The position numbers and the translations under genes were made by a program. 55,027 nt of DNA, taken from Barthelona sp. PAP020 (Eukaryota). Shown here piece after piece: positions 52,968 to 55,027 of the stretch (positions within the stretch are counted from its first letter, which is position 1; each line of letters starts with the position of its first letter). Below the pieces are notes generated by a model. It worked only from the letters and a program-made list of their open reading frames with translations. It searched no databases and was not told the DNA's origin. Location of the stretch: positions 1-55,027 of the forward strand of contig JARQWU010000037.1 of NCBI GenBank assembly GCA_040182905.1. The letters are read 5' to 3'.

Positions 52968-54182
52968 ATGAATTGGATATTAAATATGTTTAATGGGAAT
53001 GAAAAAACAGTAAATGAAGAAACGAATGAATACAATTGTAAAAATGGATTTGAAAAAGTTATTGAAAAATATTCAATAAAAGATATCTTATTTAAAGAAA
53101 AGATAAATATTAAGGAATGTTTGGGTTTATGTTTTCAAGGATTACCAGATGATGATGAGACTATTCGTTCTTTGGTGTATAAATTGGTGTTGGAATATTT
53201 ACCTTTGGATCGAAATGAATGGATAGAATATTTAAGAGAAAGAAGACAAGAATATTGGGCATTTGTCGAAGATTTTTACGATCAAACTCTAGATATTGAA
53301 AATGACGACCCTTTTTCCATGAATAATGAAAAAAATGAGCAATATTTTGAAAGAGAAAAATTAAAGTTGAAAATAGCTAAGGACGTTGTTCGAACTCAAC
53401 GTACTTTACAGTTTTTTTTGATCAATGAGGAGAATGATTTCTTTTCACCCGAAGCAAATGTTAAACAAATAAAAAAAAAGGCAGGAAATACAATTGAAAC
53501 AGTTGCTGCACCACAAGGATTGAAAAGGAATCTTATCATATGTCGAAAAACCCCTGCTTTGCATTCATTACTCCGTATATTGTTTATATTTGCAAATTTA
53601 AATCATTCCATTGAGTATGTTCAAGGAATGAACGAACTCGTAGCATGTTTTTTGTACTTATTTTCTCAAGACAGTGATCCTCTCTTTAAAAATGCTAGAG
53701 ATGCTGAAGCTGATACGTTTTGGTGTTTTAGCAAGCTGATGACAATGTTGGGTAATAACTTCACAACGGAATTAGATCAAACTGATCTCGGAATAAGTGG
53801 CAAGTTACGATTTTCAGAAAAGTTGTTGGAACTATTTTGTCCAGAACTTGCCAAACATTTTATCAATAATCAAATTAGTGGGGAATTCTATGCATTACGC
53901 TGGCATTCTTTGTTATTTGCCCAAGACTTCGAAATTCCGGATTTGTTGATTTTGTGGGACAGATTTATTGGTGATCCCAACAGATTTTTATTTGTACATT
54001 GTTTTGTTGTAGCCATTGTTATTCATTATAAAGATGAACTTCTAAATGCTGATTTCTCCACAATAATATCTATTTTGCAACAAAGACCGAAACCAGAGTT
54101 GATACCTGTCTATTTGAAGACTGCAAAAAGAATTTATCAAAATACACCTACTTCTTTGTTCTCAGAGCTTTATTATGGTTAA
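52968..54182 (+). CDS. TBC-domain Rab GTPase-activating protein (TBC1D13-like)
   Basis: IAKDVVRT arginine finger, YVQGMNEL glutamine finger, AEADTFWCF, YALRW, LWDR. Confidence 0.9.
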   Translation: MNWILNMFNGNEKTVNEETNEYNCKNGFEKVIEKYSIKDILFKEKINIKECLGLCFQGLPDDDETIRSLVYKLVLEYLPLDRNEWIEYLRERRQEYWAFVEDFYDQTLDIENDDPFSMNNEKNEQYFEREKLKLKIAKDVVRTQRTLQFFLINEENDFFSPEANVKQIKKKAGNTIETVAAPQGLKRNLIICRKTPALHSLLRILFIFANLNHSIEYVQGMNELVACFLYLFSQDSDPLFKNARDAEADTFWCFSKLMTMLGNNFTTELDQTDLGISGKLRFSEKLLELFCPELAKHFINNQISGEFYALRWHSLLFAQDFEIPDLLILWDRFIGDPNRFLFVHCFVVAIVIHYKDELLNADFSTIISILQQRPKPELIPVYLKTAKRIYQNTPTSLFSELYYG

Positions 54183-54344
54183 AATTACACTATCATTTTT
54201 TATTTGTTAAAATCTGTGACAAATTGCGGTTTAATAAAATTATTGTTATTTTATTGCTTTTCCTTTGTACGAGATGTTTCCAAAACTTTTTTAACTTGAG
54301 AACTGGTGCCTCAAGTAATTCTTAAAAAAAAATATTCCTTTATC

Positions 54345-54650
54345 TTTATTCATATTAAAGGGCTGCACTTTGCGGTATGTGAAGGAATTGAGGAACCAAT
54401 TGTTCAAAAGAGCCCAAAGGCTCTGATATTCTTGAAATGTATCTTAAATGCACAACGTTTCTTTCGGTTCAAATTATCGTAAGAGGACTAGGTCCTCAAA
54501 ATCATCCAGAAACAAATTCAACTACGAGCTTTTTAACTGTAACAACTTTAACATACGCTACAAGAACAGGAATTACCGCGGCTACGCGTACCCGACTTGC
54601 CCTCCTCCAAACAACTCCCATTTTAATTCTTTTATTGGAATTGGATTGTG
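54345..54650 (-). pseudogene. Isolated degenerate 18S (SSU) rDNA fragment (h18 region through V4)
   Basis: Minus strand of 54514-54608 reads GAGGGCAAGTCGGGTACGCGTAGCCGCGGTAATTCC...TAGCGTATGTTAAAGTTGTTACAGTTAAAAAGCTCGTAGTTGAATTT, the conserved SSU block with substitutions; outer limits approximate. Confidence 0.85.
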
Positions 54651-54747
54651 ACAAAAGCTCGTGATAAAAAAAATTCTTTTTAATTCTTTACACATACAAT
54701 GCTTTAAATAACAAAATCAACATATCATTCCTTCAAACCATATAAAA

Positions 54748-55026
54748 CTACTGTTGCATAACAACCAAACGATCAAATCCACCAGCTCGTTCTTCCTCAG
54801 CCAAGGCAATTTCTTCCTTGTTGACAACATCTAATTTAGCTTTAATCAAATCATTGGCAGTTTCAAAATACCTCATTTGAATCATATTTGGTTCAGTAGA
54901 ATGGTTCAAGTCACTATTCAGTGTCTTTAACTCATGGAATTGTTCCTCTTCTGATTCAAGTTTGTTCTTTAGATAATCAACTCTTGAATGGGTTCCAGCG
55001 ATGGTTGCCACTTGATTTTCGCATTC
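54748..55026 (-). CDS. 3' end of a CDS (coiled-coil-like) entering from beyond the window
   Basis: Frame open to the window edge, TAG at 54748-54750, TGTAAA 56 nt downstream. Confidence 0.7.
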   Translation of the reverse strand, partial: ECENQVATIAGTHSRVDYLKNKLESEEEQFHELKTLNSDLNHSTEPNMIQMRYFETANDLIKAKLDVVNKEEIALAEEERAGGFDRLVVMQQ

Positions 55027-55027
55027 G

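Noticed and set aside
54437..54664. ORFs 54437-54664 and 54448-54651 (KFNYELFNCNNFNIRY...)
   Set aside because: Well-known spurious antisense translation of 18S rRNA sequence
1..55027. Alternative genetic code or non-ATG starts suggested by the ORF track
   Set aside because: TAA, TAG and TGA all terminate conserved genes at expected positions, and each complete gene has a suitable in-frame ATG shortly after the TTG/GTG called by the ORF finder

Overview
AT-rich, very gene-dense eukaryotic (protist) genomic window. It uses the standard genetic code, no intron is needed to explain any of the ~30 CDSs, and there is one 50-N assembly gap. Housekeeping genes include ABHD13-like, a triple-CBM48 protein, LRR-IQ, AIP1/WDR1, UBX, RpiB, a Rab-like GTPase, PIG-Y, MOCOS-like, aminoacylase, TAF1, an exosome RNase PH subunit, Exo84, glycine cleavage H, ZC2HC1, EF-hand and TBC proteins, plus tRNA-Val(AAC). 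Intron poverty, RpiB and a GCSH with a short presequence suggest an anaerobic, metamonad-like protist (inference only). The most notable non-housekeeping signal is a ~300-bp unclassified dispersed repeat (8 copies plus a head fragment). It brackets two paralogous 'natural DARPin'-like ankyrin genes whose 99-bp repeats are mosaic and vary at the target-binding positions. A short orphan ankyrin cassette at 28.9 kb is flanked by the repeat head and a perfect G-quadruplex motif. Together these form a candidate ankyrin-repeat diversification system. Other oddities: a degenerate isolated 18S rDNA fragment, a recurrent TGTRAA 3' motif (candidate poly(A) signal), a TAF1 with at least 4 bromodomains, and a tRNA-Val with an initiator-type T-loop.
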